Source: Catajapyx aquilonaris (taxonomy: Eukaryota). Taken from it: DNA of 64,000 nucleotides. The notes under the pieces were generated by a model. That model ran no database searches. It had not been told where the DNA came from and saw only the letters and a program-made list of their open reading frames with translations. Position numbers and translations under genes: made by a program. The stretch lies in NCBI GenBank assembly GCA_000934665.2, contig KZ538049.1, forward strand, positions 62,001-126,000. Reading direction: 5' to 3'. How positions within the stretch are numbered: position 1 is the stretch's first letter; each line of letters begins with the position of its first letter. Of the stretch, positions 1 through 14,751 are shown one piece after another.

Positions 1-2652
<2,652 letters not shown>

Positions 2653-3120
2653 ATTGGTAGTGACCAATTTTAAGACAGCCAATGTGTTCTGTAAATATTG
2701 TTTTTGAGTGGGGGGGGGGGNGGGGGGGGTTAGGGGAATTGTGGGATTCAAAACGGGAATGTTAATGACACATGAACAGCATGATATTTTAAGGACATTC
2801 CTTAACATTGGAGTGATTAATTATTACTGCCTTTCTGAGGGAAGGAATTGACTACAAGGCAATGTGAATGAGTAAAGCTAGCTTATGTGATTTTTGTGAC
2901 AAACCCTGACAATGATAGTGAGAATAAATCGACTACACATGTGCCAGCCATTTTCTTTTTGGTTGTCCAGTTATTTTTATGGGGAAACCTTCATATAGCA
3001 GTGACCTGTTCCTTGATGAGTAGGTTTCTGGCAACTGAAACACATTGAAATTTCTGTACTGGGACTGACTGGATCAGTTTCAGTTCATATTGCAATAATT
3101 TTTGCTGAGGTTCTTATTAA

Positions 3121-3565
3121 AGGGACACGCCACTCAAAATACAAGTTGGCCCCCAAAAATCGGACAAAAAATCCTGATTCCGAATGTGCAGTCGGTTTTT
3201 TTCTACGCCCAACGGTAACACGGAAAATTATATATCTACACACGTCGTCCAGTGTCGTCTGCTAAGAAGGGCGATTCAACACCATCCCGCGGCCAACGGG
3301 AGAAGTATAACGCGCCGAGTAAACACCTGCCACGCCAGGCGTGCCCATGGAGTGCTTGGAGTGCCTGGTCTAGTTCCGCCCGGTTCCACTCTGGTGGCGT
3401 CGCCACCTGCTCCCACCTGCCCCACGCGTGGTTTTCGAACAACACACTTCCAGCTTTCACACTGGCCTTACCGTTCGTCTCTAAGAAAAACTGCTTATAC
3501 CCTCGGAATCAGGATTTTTTGCCCGATTTTTAGAACCCAACTTGTATTTTGAGTGGAGTGTTCCT
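3121..3565. mobile_element. TTAA-flanked MITE with AGG...CCT ends (Kolobok-like)
   Basis: About 63-bp imperfect TIRs starting AGGGACACGCCACTCAAAATACAAGTTGG. TTAA at 3117-3120 and 3566-3569. Superfamily assignment inferred from the termini only. Confidence 0.8.
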
Positions 3566-4218
3566 TTAAGTCACTGGCTCCTGCATGCACAATATATTGC
3601 ATATCACAGGATAATTCACATCTTGTCCCTGAAAGTTTGATGTGCCTGCTCAATGGTAACTTCGCATGCTAAAGAAGCTCTTAAAAAGTGTCCCAAGTGG
3701 TACATTTTGCAATGTGACTGAAGGTCAGACTGGTGGAAGGACACGGAGCGTGTGCCATCTTGATCCTGTACATTGAAGCTAAAAAACAGCAATAGTAACC
3801 ATAGAAGGAGTAGTAATCTATTTGTACCTGAAGTTGACACAAGTTCCATTGTTGTTCACGTCTTGGTATACATTTACTTGTTAGTGTAGAGCACTTTCCC
3901 ACAAAGGAATGCTGTAAATAGGCCATTTAACCATGTTGATTTAATTTTCAATTTATTTACATTTTTAGAACAGCTTGACAATTCTTGATGAAACAATGAA
4001 AGAAGCAATTTAACATACAAAGTGGTGCAATGTCAGAGTCGCCAGATAAAGAGAGCGAGGGATTGTTTACCCCAGGATTCAATTTAAATAGAAGAAACCC
4101 ATTGGAATCAACAGTCAGGATCAGTCACTTCTCATTAAACTAGTTGATGGAGTCAACAATCCATAACTTCACCTCTCCTTGTCTTGAACTGAGGACTTGA
4201 GCAATTCATCACACTGTA

Positions 4219-4337
4219 CCTGGTGTCCAACAAGAATTGTCGCAGCGGCAGCGCACGAACTACAGTCTCTCGTGTCCCTGTGCTCGTAGATTGTAGTTCG
4301 TGCGCTGCCGCTGCGACAATTCTTGTTGGACTGATAG
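4219..4337. repeat. Near-perfect 44-bp-stem hairpin (tiny TA-flanked MITE-like element)
   Basis: 4225-4268 is the reverse complement of 4288-4331 with one mismatch. TA at 4217-4218 and 4338-4339. Confidence 0.85.
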
Positions 4338-4591
4338 TACATGTTATTCATGTAGATTCATAATTCCTCAAAATCCCTCTGGTTTTACAATTTGTAACCA
4401 CTGTATCAAATATTCTTGTATTGGCATTAGGTGCAAGTTTTTTTTTTTTTTTTTTTGCAAGATTAACCTTGCTCATGCCAAAGAAAACCTGCAGTGTATC
4501 TAAGCGTAAGCAGTATGCTTGTGTAGCAGTGAACTGGACTGAAGAGAACAGAGTTTGCTTCACCATGCTGTCTCTCTCAATTGATGTGCTC

Positions 4592-7500
4592 TCAGCCTTG
4601 CTGTCGACCATTTTCTCTCCATAATGAGAGATCAATGTGTGGAATGGCATCACTCAAGCATGGGACTCTCTTATTTCTGTGGAAGAATGTGATGAATAAA
4701 TTGTGTATGGAAGTATAGTGCATAAATATTATGACAGGCATATGGGGAATTCCGTAGTACATTTAATATAACTTTGGCCTCCTACATTACTGACTGCCTC
4801 TTTTATGGAGAAACATAGTGATAGTGTTGGTTTTCTTTGCTTTTTTGTTTTAGGTATGTTTTATTAACAAAATATCATAAATGTTCCCAGAAAAGAGGAT
4901 GAAATAATCTTTTGAAATAATGCATCACACTCTACCTTAGCTTATTTATAGGATTTATGTATGGGTCATATCTTTTTCAAATGTGATTGATGCAGATTAA
5001 AATGCCATCATATTCACAATGTGCAGAACGATATACAAAAAGTTAGGAATGTCTTGTAGATAGAAAGAAGTCTATCTCAATATTGCAGGGAGTAAAATAA
5101 TCATGGATGAACTTACAGAAATGATGACTGGAGAAATGCCAGGGGCTGCATATGTGTAATTCCATCAGCATTGTCACACAGCACGCGTGACAGGCTGGAT
5201 TTCCTCAGACTCTGGAGTTGTTCTGAAGCAAGTTCAACAACATATATTAATGCAGAACAACATAATACCCAAATACAGGGTGTTACAGAGTCACGAGTCA
5301 AGCACGTACGAGGGGGTAGGGAAAAATGGTAGGTGGCGACAACCCCGGTCGGTTTTATAAAACAATTAGAAATACGGCAGTAATCAATTTATTTATTACT
5401 GTCGTATGGCATGACGTCACATCCTACTTTCTGTTCGAACTGAGTGGCGCGGAGTGGCAAATGCAAGGAAAATGCATTGGGTTGAACCTGGTTGACGGGT
5501 AGTAGTGCACTACTATACAGTAGTGTGTTCAGTACCCTGCCTGTGTAGCATGAGAGCGCCTTTTTCAGTGCAACCCGCAAGGGTAAAAACCCGTCAACCA
5601 GGTTCAACCCAATGCATTTGCCTTGCATTTGCCAGTCCGCGGGGGTCAATTCGAACAGAAAGTAGGATGTGATGTCACGCCGTACGGCCGTAATAAATAA
5701 ATTGATTACTGCCGTATTTCTCATTGTTTTATAAAACCGACCCGGGTAGTCGCCACCTACGATTTTTCCCCACTCCCTCGCGCGCGCTTGACCGGTGACT
5801 CTGAAACACCCTGTATGAAATATGTTTGTCTTGGTCCCCTCTATTACCCCTAGAAGTTTGTCGACTGAATTCATTAACTCCCTGTATAACATTATTTCTT
5901 ACCAGGAGTAAAAGGGTTGACTCTTTGCTCCTCATAGTAAAACCTGTCACCACGACGCAAGCGTGCAAATTGATCTCCAACCAAGCACACAAATGTAGGT
6001 CCTAAAAGTGCTCCTGGTAAGGGCTTCTCAGCCACACTTCCAATGAAGAGGTCAATCTCATCCACACTTCTATACAAGTTTCTCAGTTGGCTCACAACCT
6101 GCAAACAGTTTTGTCAGATAATTATCACATAACTAGTCTTGGTAGAAGCCTCGCCTGTGGATCCATGATGTTGGTCAAGTCTTGCCAACTTGATGCTTTT
6201 GGCAAACCACACACTTGGCGCCAGTCATTGTAAGAGGGTAGGCCATGGTCACGACCCCTTTGCAAATTAAGTGCAATGAGGTCTAGTCCAAAGGGGATAC
6301 CAGGACTTTGAAACAACCTATTGGTGAGCTAAAAAAAATCAAGCATGGTAATAAGTTGTTTTTTTTTAGCATTACATATGAAAGCATACCTCCTGTGTAA
6401 ATATGTGATCAAAGCGTTGTGGAGGCTGAGTGGTGAGACCACGGACAAAGTTATCCAGACCATCTGCCTCATACAGTTCAAATGGCCTGAACTGTTGCTC
6501 ATGTAGAGGGAGGTCCTTGACAATGCTTCCAAATTGGCTGTAGGCTCTGCATGGACATTTGTGTTACAGTATACGTATATATCATCAGTGGTCAAAATTC
6601 ATTCTCTACTCACTCAAAGGAATCAGGTATAAGTGTATGGCCATATCGGTAGGCAGCAGTGGCAAAGACGTTGGTTATGGATGGATTCAATGTTGAGTCA
6701 TACAGGTTGGTGTATCCCTGCTCCTTAGGTGCCAGTTCAAACTTAGTCATGTAAGCATTGCCTAATAAGAATAATCAGTGATAATATGGCAGTGTAAATC
6801 ACTTACAGTTGTCTTTTTCACTTCATCAGCAATCTGCTAGTAACTAATAAATAATGATACGGTATCAAATAAAAATAGACATAACTTTCATATACAGGGT
6901 GTAAATGAAATAAGTGCAAGTTTTTTTTTTTCTTTTCGAAATGATACAGTGACTCGAAAGAAACCTGTTTTGCCAATACCCTTGGTGCCCCAGACGCGTC
7001 GTTACGTCAGAAAACGAGGGTTTGTCATGCGTCATACAAACACATCATACCCTCGGTATTCATAGTAGGCCTCACTCTGTCATTTCGAAAAAAAAGCGCA
7101 CTTATTTCATTTACACCCTGTATCGGCTATACGTATACACATACAATCAAACATATGGATATACAAAACTTTGACATGCACTGTCCATTCAACCTGCCGC
7201 CAAATATTATTGCCGACACTCATTATTTTGTATAATTTGTCAGTGCCACTCTCTGCGGGACCTGTCTCATGTGACAAGTGAGGACTGTCCCGCAGGAAGT
7301 GGCATGCGACACAACAGATTATTCAACTGAACCAGAGTGTTCACTGATACTTGGCTCATTGCGCATGGTCAAGACAATAAATGCTGTGGGACTCGGACAT
7401 GAGAGAGCAGTTATGGTCTGTTTGATTGGCACTATCTACCTTGGCATTTACCATAAGCTGATCAAAATAGTTGTCCCTGGGTTGAAAGGACAATATTCTA

Positions 7501-10016
7501 AAGGGATATCGATATGCTACACCGGACTAGATTTTTTTTGGGTAGGCCTACATTATTACATTCATAATTATGTCACAGTACATCAAATGTAATTGCACTG
7601 AAAAGGCTACAGAAGTGAAAAAAGGAGAAACAACCACTGTAGATGTAAGTGTAGCTGTGGACTAGTGACCTATGAAAATCATTTACCTAGAATGAGAGGC
7701 AAGTACTCGTTGTAAGTGATGTGCTGCATCTCAGCTATGACGATTCGACGTGCTTCTTGGTACAATGTCTCATCATCCCAATGGGGATTGTGTTTGGCCA
7801 GTTCAGTTGCAATACGATTATGTTCCCGAAGCCAAACAGTGTGCATCACAGCAAGTTCCACCTGCTCATTGGCACGTGCATCTCCTGAAAATTTGTTGGA
7901 ACGTGACCTAGTTAGTCATGTACACTGATGATGATGTTGTCACTGTCCTAGTATGGCCATTGATGTGCAATATTTGAGGGATGGCCTAATAATTTTGCCA
8001 ATATTATTGTTAGCATCCAATTTGAAATATAATGAGCTGGATAAGAAAAAATGTGGGGCCTGGAGAATTACACATATCCTGGGTGGTACAGAAGCCAGCT
8101 CAGATCCTTATTGGTGGAAATCTCATGCATGGTCCTGGCATAATAAGTTGGCATCCTGATTGAAAGTCTTGGCGAATTGACTGCTTCATAAGCCGTCAGA
8201 GTGCCTTTTTTCCAGGAGTTCCAACTTACAGAATATATACCAGTAATTATTTATACCCAGACAGATATGATATGAATTATGTTCTGTCTGGTATATTAGA
8301 TTTTTATTGTAATCTTCTCAGAGGCAGCTCCATGTAACTTTCCCATTTTTAAATAAATTTCATTTGAATGATTATAAAGCCAATTTTCAAGCCATAACTT
8401 ACCTGCTTGGAAACAAGTATGCCTCGAAGTGCGATCTACACATTCTTCAGGTTTTGCTGGCAACAGTTGGCTATTTCCATGTTGTTGAACCCTGAGTAAT
8501 CCACCTCTACCTTCTCTGAGACGTGCAGCCAGTTGGACATGTGAACCATACACATTAGAAGCATCCAAAAATCCTGTTATCTGATTCATCTGAAAATGGC
8601 ATATTATTATCAGTCCTACACCACATTAGAGAGTGAACATTACACTGTACTTGTTCTCGAGGTCCAAAATTGCAGGCTGGCCTTGGTGCAGGCAAGGATC
8701 TCACAAACTCCATACACTGTTGTCTAAATCTATTATAGAATGCATCACTGGCAGGAATTTCAATTGGGAAGCAATCTGGATGTCGAAGATCATCACTAAT
8801 GACTTGTCCTCGACGGCAGCAGGTTATACCAACTTGGTTTGGTCCTGAATTTATTGAAATGCAGGGCATTGTAACTTTCTTTAACCTTGGCCCCAAAACC
8901 GTGTTCCCTACCTTTGACAATAGGTGTGTGGGTGAGATCATGGTCAAGGAATTGTCCCCACTGCATAAGCATGAGGGTGTAGTTGTCATAAGATTCTCCT
9001 TGCCCTGTAGTCACAGTGGAAGACACAAGACGAGCACTAGGCAGAGGACCCCCATGCTCCCCCTCACGTGGTTTGTTAACACCTGGGAAATGACAGAGTC
9101 ATCAATGTGGCTATTAATTAAAAAAAAAAAATTACCATCACTGTATTTTGGTGGTAGAATTCGCTGAAATGCTGTGTTTGCTCTTCCCCAATTCCTGTTC
9201 TCAATATTGTTGCATGACCCATCAATGGTTCTGTACCTGCTCTCAGCACATTGTGGAAATTTTGGGCAAGTGTCACCAATGACAGTATCCAAAATGCTGA
9301 AGGCTGGCAGTGCGAATGTGCCTTGGTCTGGTGTCAGCTGAAAGCTGTGGTGGCATTAAAAAGCAGTCTTACAACCTGCACTCTCAAACACTCACTTGTT
9401 AACCAGGTCGACACTTGCTTGCAAATTTTTTTGTGCATCATTGCCCTTTCCAAGGGTCTCAGATGTGGTCTGGAAAAAATCTTGATGGTGGAAAGCTGGT
9501 GTTCCTGGCTCGACAATAACCTGGTTCGTCACCAGAAATGTCTCCAGGTTTTTTATATCAGCAATACGATCAATTCCATTAGTGATTGCCTGTTGAATCT
9601 CCTCCACCTTCAGCGGTGGCACAATTACAAATGGTGGTGGTGGAGGTGTCAGTACACCGGTGTTAGGTTTTGCTGGACTAACTGGTGCTGAAATTTAGTT
9701 TAGCATTATTTTAGTGCAGACTAGACATATAAGCTCTACAACAACTTGTATACAGACGTGGTATAGTGGGACCCTTATGCGGGCAGCAAACTCCCAACTG
9801 TCCATTAGGAAGCTGACAGGGCTGTCGTCTCAGCTCAGCTAACTCAGTAAAAACAGTGATACACTGCACCAGAGGCTTACAAAAACCAGCTCTTGGAGGG
9901 TTGCTTTGAGTTGAACAAGGAATTTGCGCCTGCGGATCCCCAGGAAACACCACTGTTCTCTGTTGCCCCAAACAACAATGCAATAGGAGCAGGACACTCG
10001 CTATTTTGAGGTCCAT
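4592..10016 (-). CDS. Secreted animal heme peroxidase (chorion peroxidase/peroxinectin-like)
   Basis: ATG at 10016 with signal peptide [17 protein letters not shown]. Multi-exon, with [19 protein letters not shown] (distal His), [27 protein letters not shown] (distal Arg), [14 protein letters not shown] (proximal His), [14 protein letters not shown] and RRGDRFYYE. Last exon 4676-4592 reads [27 protein letters not shown]. Confidence 0.93.
5276..5813. mobile_element. Foldback MITE, CAGGGTG ends, TA TSD (Tc1/mariner-type)
   Basis: TA|CAGGGTGTTACAGAGTCAC...GTGACTCTGAAACACCCTG|TA. Inverted arms run about 225 bp. In a peroxidase intron. Confidence 0.88.
6895..7120. mobile_element. MITE, CAGGGTG ends, TA TSD
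   Basis: Perfect 23-bp TIR CAGGGTGTAAATGAAATAAGTGC, with imperfect inverted similarity continuing further in. Confidence 0.88.
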
Positions 10017-12395
10017 GTCTTTGGCCAAGTGGATGCAGAATGGCCTTCGAAGCTGCCTGGCTCTTTCAAACAGGTAGAATCCATCGCCTGAGGCTAAGCA
10101 TAAGCGTGACTGGAATTACCACTGCCATATCATAGCTTCAACCCCACCGCCTACATGCAAGTTCGGACGTTACCGCACCGAATATCCGCCGGTACGATGC
10201 ATTGGCGCCGTTCTTTAGCTGCCCTCTTCTTCAAAGGTCAGTATGACTGTCACAGAAAAAATTATAGCAGGATGCTGTAAAAATACATATCTCAGGGCAC
10301 ATTTTGCACCTATTTACCCCAAGGAGAGGCCCTTAGCTGCGTGTAAAGATGGGTATAAAAAATGTGGGTTATTTATTACTAGCCTTGACGTATGTATATT
10401 AAAAAATATGAGGGCTTATATAATGACGGATACGTGAATATGGGTGCGTTTCGGTTTCTTAGAAACATCCAAGGATATAACGCCCGTCCGTTTCGCTAGT
10501 CCGAGTATGTGTAATATGGTTCTGCGGGTTTCCCAGAAGTACCGATGGTTGCGTAATCGGGGTTATTCATTAATTCAGTGCCCTCAATGGGGCATAATTC
10601 GGGATATTGCGCTGACGTTTTACAAGACCATATATTCAGCATGTAACCAAAGGTGAAGGACATGGGGCTGGGGGTATTATTCAAACAGAGAATGGTAGTG
10701 ACGTGCGTCTTTTATTGTTAATTTCATTGTCGACAGTCATTGTTACCCATCACTACTCCCCTCTGGTTGAATAAGTCATGTGTGACAATTGGCTCGTGAT
10801 TCGTGTGAATAGTCTACACCTGTTTCTCCACCTGTTTATGTCAACATTGTTTACAGGTGGTGTGTAATGCCCATATGGTGAGCAATTGACATATCGATGT
10901 GCATTTTTTCAACAATTTTGTGACATTTTGTGCACTTGGCTTTCGATATGCAGCATGAGATGCAAACCCATCAGGTGTCATTTTGATGTTTATTACATGC
11001 CCGGTAGGTTCGCTCAGGCATCTGTGTAGCATGTGCCTATTTTTATCTGCCCACAACGTTATCTAGTGATAATATGTGGTGGACTCAGTGCTACAGAAGT
11101 CTTAAAGTTGATATACGGTACCTGAGGGTCAAGCTGGAACTACGAGTTTCCGTCTTTTATTGAGTACAAACGTTTTAATTACGGCAACACCTCTACCAAT
11201 TCACCAAAACACTTGCAGGTCAGTTTATCTCATTTTCTTAATTGGCTCACGAGATTATAAAAATCGTAATTTGCGCCACCAACAAACGAATGATTTGTGC
11301 ACATATTTTATCGTAAATAAAAGTGTACCGTAGCGATTTCGTCGTTTTTGCATTTAGTCCAATTCATTTCGGAATGTTAAGTCTACTGAATATGAGGAAA
11401 GTCAAATTATAACCCCTACACTATAAAAACACGATAATTATAGGAAAAACCCCAAAGAAATATATGGATGAGATCTCTCATCCTCTCACACGGAAAACAT
11501 ATTTATTTTTATCTCTCAGACCAATCGGGAATATTCCGGTGATGGAAAGTAATTTACTAAAATAATCTGCATGCTAAAATAAGATACCGCGTACGTATTT
11601 CAACATGATTTCAAGGATCTTGCATTATGAAATGAGTGGTATTTAAAATGCTACACCGACGAATAGATGCGTGGGTGCAAGGTGAAATGTAGGTGACCAT
11701 GACCTCTTTGGTAATACATCTGATAGTGTTCTTTGTCATTATCAATACGGCACGAGTGTCATCTAGTCATTATCTAATCCTCAATTTCTCACACACTTGC
11801 TATTATAAAAAAAAGCCATGCCAATCGCATCTTGAGGTCAGCTGCGGAGGTGACAAAATAAGCTATGAATTTTTGCTGAATTATGTTTGCGATTGGATTT
11901 GCATATTCGTGCTAAAACTCAACAGGGTTTGACAGCTCGGGCGGGTATGAAAATGGTTTTAAAATTGGGCGAGTAGTGGCGCCCTATTCCCAGGCACTTT
12001 TTTGACAAATGAAGAGCACCGAGCAACATCCAATACAAACCTACAAACTACATAAAGTTGGGAAAGCCCATGGGAAAGCCCTTTGGGACCCTATGCTCTG
12101 TCAACATGCAGAAGAATTTGTGTTAACTGTTTGGGTGAGTGCATCCTGCCTATCAGTATAGTGCTTGTCATTGTCATGTGTCACAGGAACATGCAATTAT
12201 TTTATTCATCTCATCTCAGCAGAAGATAGATTTGGGCTCAAATCCAAGTACCGGTCGAGGACCTAAGTGAAATTGAATTATGGCAGTTGGCCAAGACACT
12301 CACGTGGTTTGAAGTGAACTGCGTTACAGACTCTGATGCAGTGCGGAATGGTGGTTCAAGCATATTTGTCCATGTTTGTAGGTAAAGGAACGACC

Positions 12396-13570
12396 ATGGA
12401 AGCTGGCTTTTTGGTTCTGCTTTGCTGCCTCCAGGCGGTGATGTCCTACAGGCCATATGTGGTGCAAGTTAGTGATTATCAGGTCAATTATCCAACACCT
12501 CCACCACATGATGAGGTTGCAAAAATGGCTCGTTACGTTGTACATGCAGCAGGTTAGTGCATGGCGTGCTGTCTTAGTATTTGCTTCCATACACATTACA
12601 TTTATCCTTACAGACTGGGTGGCAATTGCTACTCTTTCTTCAAGACCAAACCAGACAGGGTTACCTTTTGCAAACATAATTTCCATAAGTGATGGACCTG
12701 TGACTACTTCATCTGGAGTCCCATATATGTATATGACTGCTCTGGATCTGTCAGCACAAGACTTAAAGGTGCAGTAGGCCAACAATGTAACTGATAATAA
12801 TAACAGGGCGACACAGTGGTGTAGTGGTTAGCGCCACAGCCTTCCACCTCTGAGTTCCCGAGTTCGATCCCCGGATCGGACAGAGGATACTTATGTGGAT
12901 AGAGTTTCGATGGGTTCTCTCCGTGTTCGCATGGGTTTTCTCGGGATTCTCCCGTTTCCCCTCGCAATCAAAATCCATCACAGTGCAGGCAATGATTAGA
13001 GACAATTCACAAAAAGATAATCCCCTAAGAGGCCCAAGGAGGCCTATCACAGGGTATCCATTATGTAACTGATAATAATGTGAGTTACAATTATTGCATT
13101 TTTATAGGCAAATCCTCATGCATCTTTGACGATGAGTTTGGCAGAAGGCAGCTACTGCAAGAACAAAGGGTATGACCCTGAAGATCCACGCTGCGCTCGT
13201 GTCATGCTTGATGGCGAGGTTGAGAAGGTGACATGCTTTTGGCTTTGTAGCTCTTGCAACATGGGTTTAAACAATCACATCTGTTATGTTTAGGTTAACA
13301 AGTCATCATCGGAAGGAGCTTTTGCAATGGAAGCACTCTTTACCCGTCATCCTGAAATGACCACCTGGCCTGCTGGTACTGTTCACAAGTCATCAGTGTA
13401 AGTAGCTGTATAGATAATACTAATTCCTTCACTTTGCAGATCACCACTGGTTTTTTGCAAAGCTGCGCATCAAGTCCATATACCTCTTGGACTATTTTGG
13501 AGGTGCTTACCATGTTGCTGTGAAAGACTACTTTAATGTCAAGACGGAAGTTGACTTTGTTTTACTGTGA
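12396..13570 (+). CDS. CREG1: CREG1-like secreted/lysosomal glycoprotein (split-barrel fold)
   Basis: Exons 12396-12552, 12614-12768, 13108-13227, 13294-13375, 13440-13570 (TGA). Signal peptide, then ARYVVHAADW, PFANIISISDG, SSGVPYMY, SLTMSLAE, YCKNKGYDPEDPRCAR, LFTRHPEM, WPADHHWFFAKL and LLDYFGG. Confidence 0.93.
12806..13062 (+). mobile_element. tRNA-derived SINE family A (V-domain-like core), full length
   Basis: A box TGGTGTAGTGG and B box GTTCGATCC. 17-bp TSD ATGTAACTGATAATAAT at 12785-12801 and 13063-13079. Four more copies in the window. Confidence 0.9.
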
Positions 13571-14751
13571 AGTGATTATAACAATAATTATTGTACAGAT
13601 CAAAAAGAATTGTGATATTCTGGGATATTATAAAGTAACGTGTCTGTTTAAATGAGTGCCTTTCTGGAGGGGGCGGGGGGTCTCTGCTCAGAATTAAATA
13701 ATTTGACAATGGTTAGGGATTATAAAAACATGCTTGATGTTTATGTGAACTAGTGCTTAAAGATCTGTGTCATCATGTGACTAGTTTTCTGCACTTCAGT
13801 GCAACTCCTATCTGTTTAACATAGAGATCCCCGTGACCTTGGAGCTGCATATCAGCAGTTTCATGGGTTGCCGTTTCTTTCGAGTTTCGGCGCTGGTGCT
13901 GTTCGTTCAGTTACTTCAACCACAAGGCGGCACACAGCAAATCTGGTGGCGGAACACAGTGGACCAAGACTCCCAAACTGCCAATTCAAATCTAGTCTAG
14001 TCTCCAAGGGCATGAGACTTCAAACCATGAATCACACCCAATGCAAATCATAAGGATCGGAAGGCACACTAAATGTGGAGAAGGATGCAGGCTTATCACA
14101 CCTGCACAACACACAATAGTGTGGCACACAGGTGCAGCATGTCCTTTCGTTCCTTTGCACACTTTTGGGGCCTGTTCCAAGCCACGTTCTCATTTGTTCT
14201 AATAATAGTAATAGATTTCGTTAATCGGCTAGTGTCTCTCCTTTTCTTGTTGGAGGAGCGAGTGGGTGGGACACTAAAGATCTCTGCCAGTGGTTCCCAA
14301 CCTGGGCGTCGCGAAGCCTTTTCCGGGGGGGTCGTGCGTGGCCGCTAAATTTTGTTTGGACTTTGGGCCCTTTTATCAAATATGTCATCTAATTTGGTCA
14401 AATGTTTCTATAAAATGTTGATTTTATTACATGAAAGGATAAGATATTTGGGTCCTTCATTATTTCAGAATTAGTTAATCAGTTACTCTGCTTTGGAGCC
14501 GTTTTAAAATTAACTAATGAACTTGGAGAAAGAAAAAGATGCCTTATGTTTGCAAAGTGGAAGTCAAGTCTTATAGACATCATAGAGTGTTGCTTAGGGG
14601 AACAGGGCTTTAAAATAATCAGATGCTGTACAGTACAATTTATCAGTTGACCCTATCTGATCCTTGGAATAGCAAATGGTGCACTTTATTGTCAGTAGCC
14701 CATCATCAATTCTCAGTAATTGGCCTGGTGGGGTGTCTCTCGTCATGATGA

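Noticed and set aside
4340..4594. Selenocysteine recoding of the peroxidase TGA with the hairpin as SECIS
   Set aside because: The protein is already complete at the DLSLW motif, and the perfect hairpin lacks the SECIS UGAN/NGAN kink-turn core.
5389..5892. 167-aa ORF in a peroxidase intron
   Set aside because: Runs through a palindromic MITE and has no transposase motif.
12806..12880. Possible functional tRNA genes at the SINE heads (also 15414, 21964, 52942, 54717)
   Set aside because: They continue into SINE bodies, most with tails and TSDs, and have imperfect acceptor stems and no T-run terminator.
14288..14350. hAT-like left end CAGTGGTTCCCAACCTGGG
   Set aside because: No matching right end or TSD found, so it is not delimited as an element.
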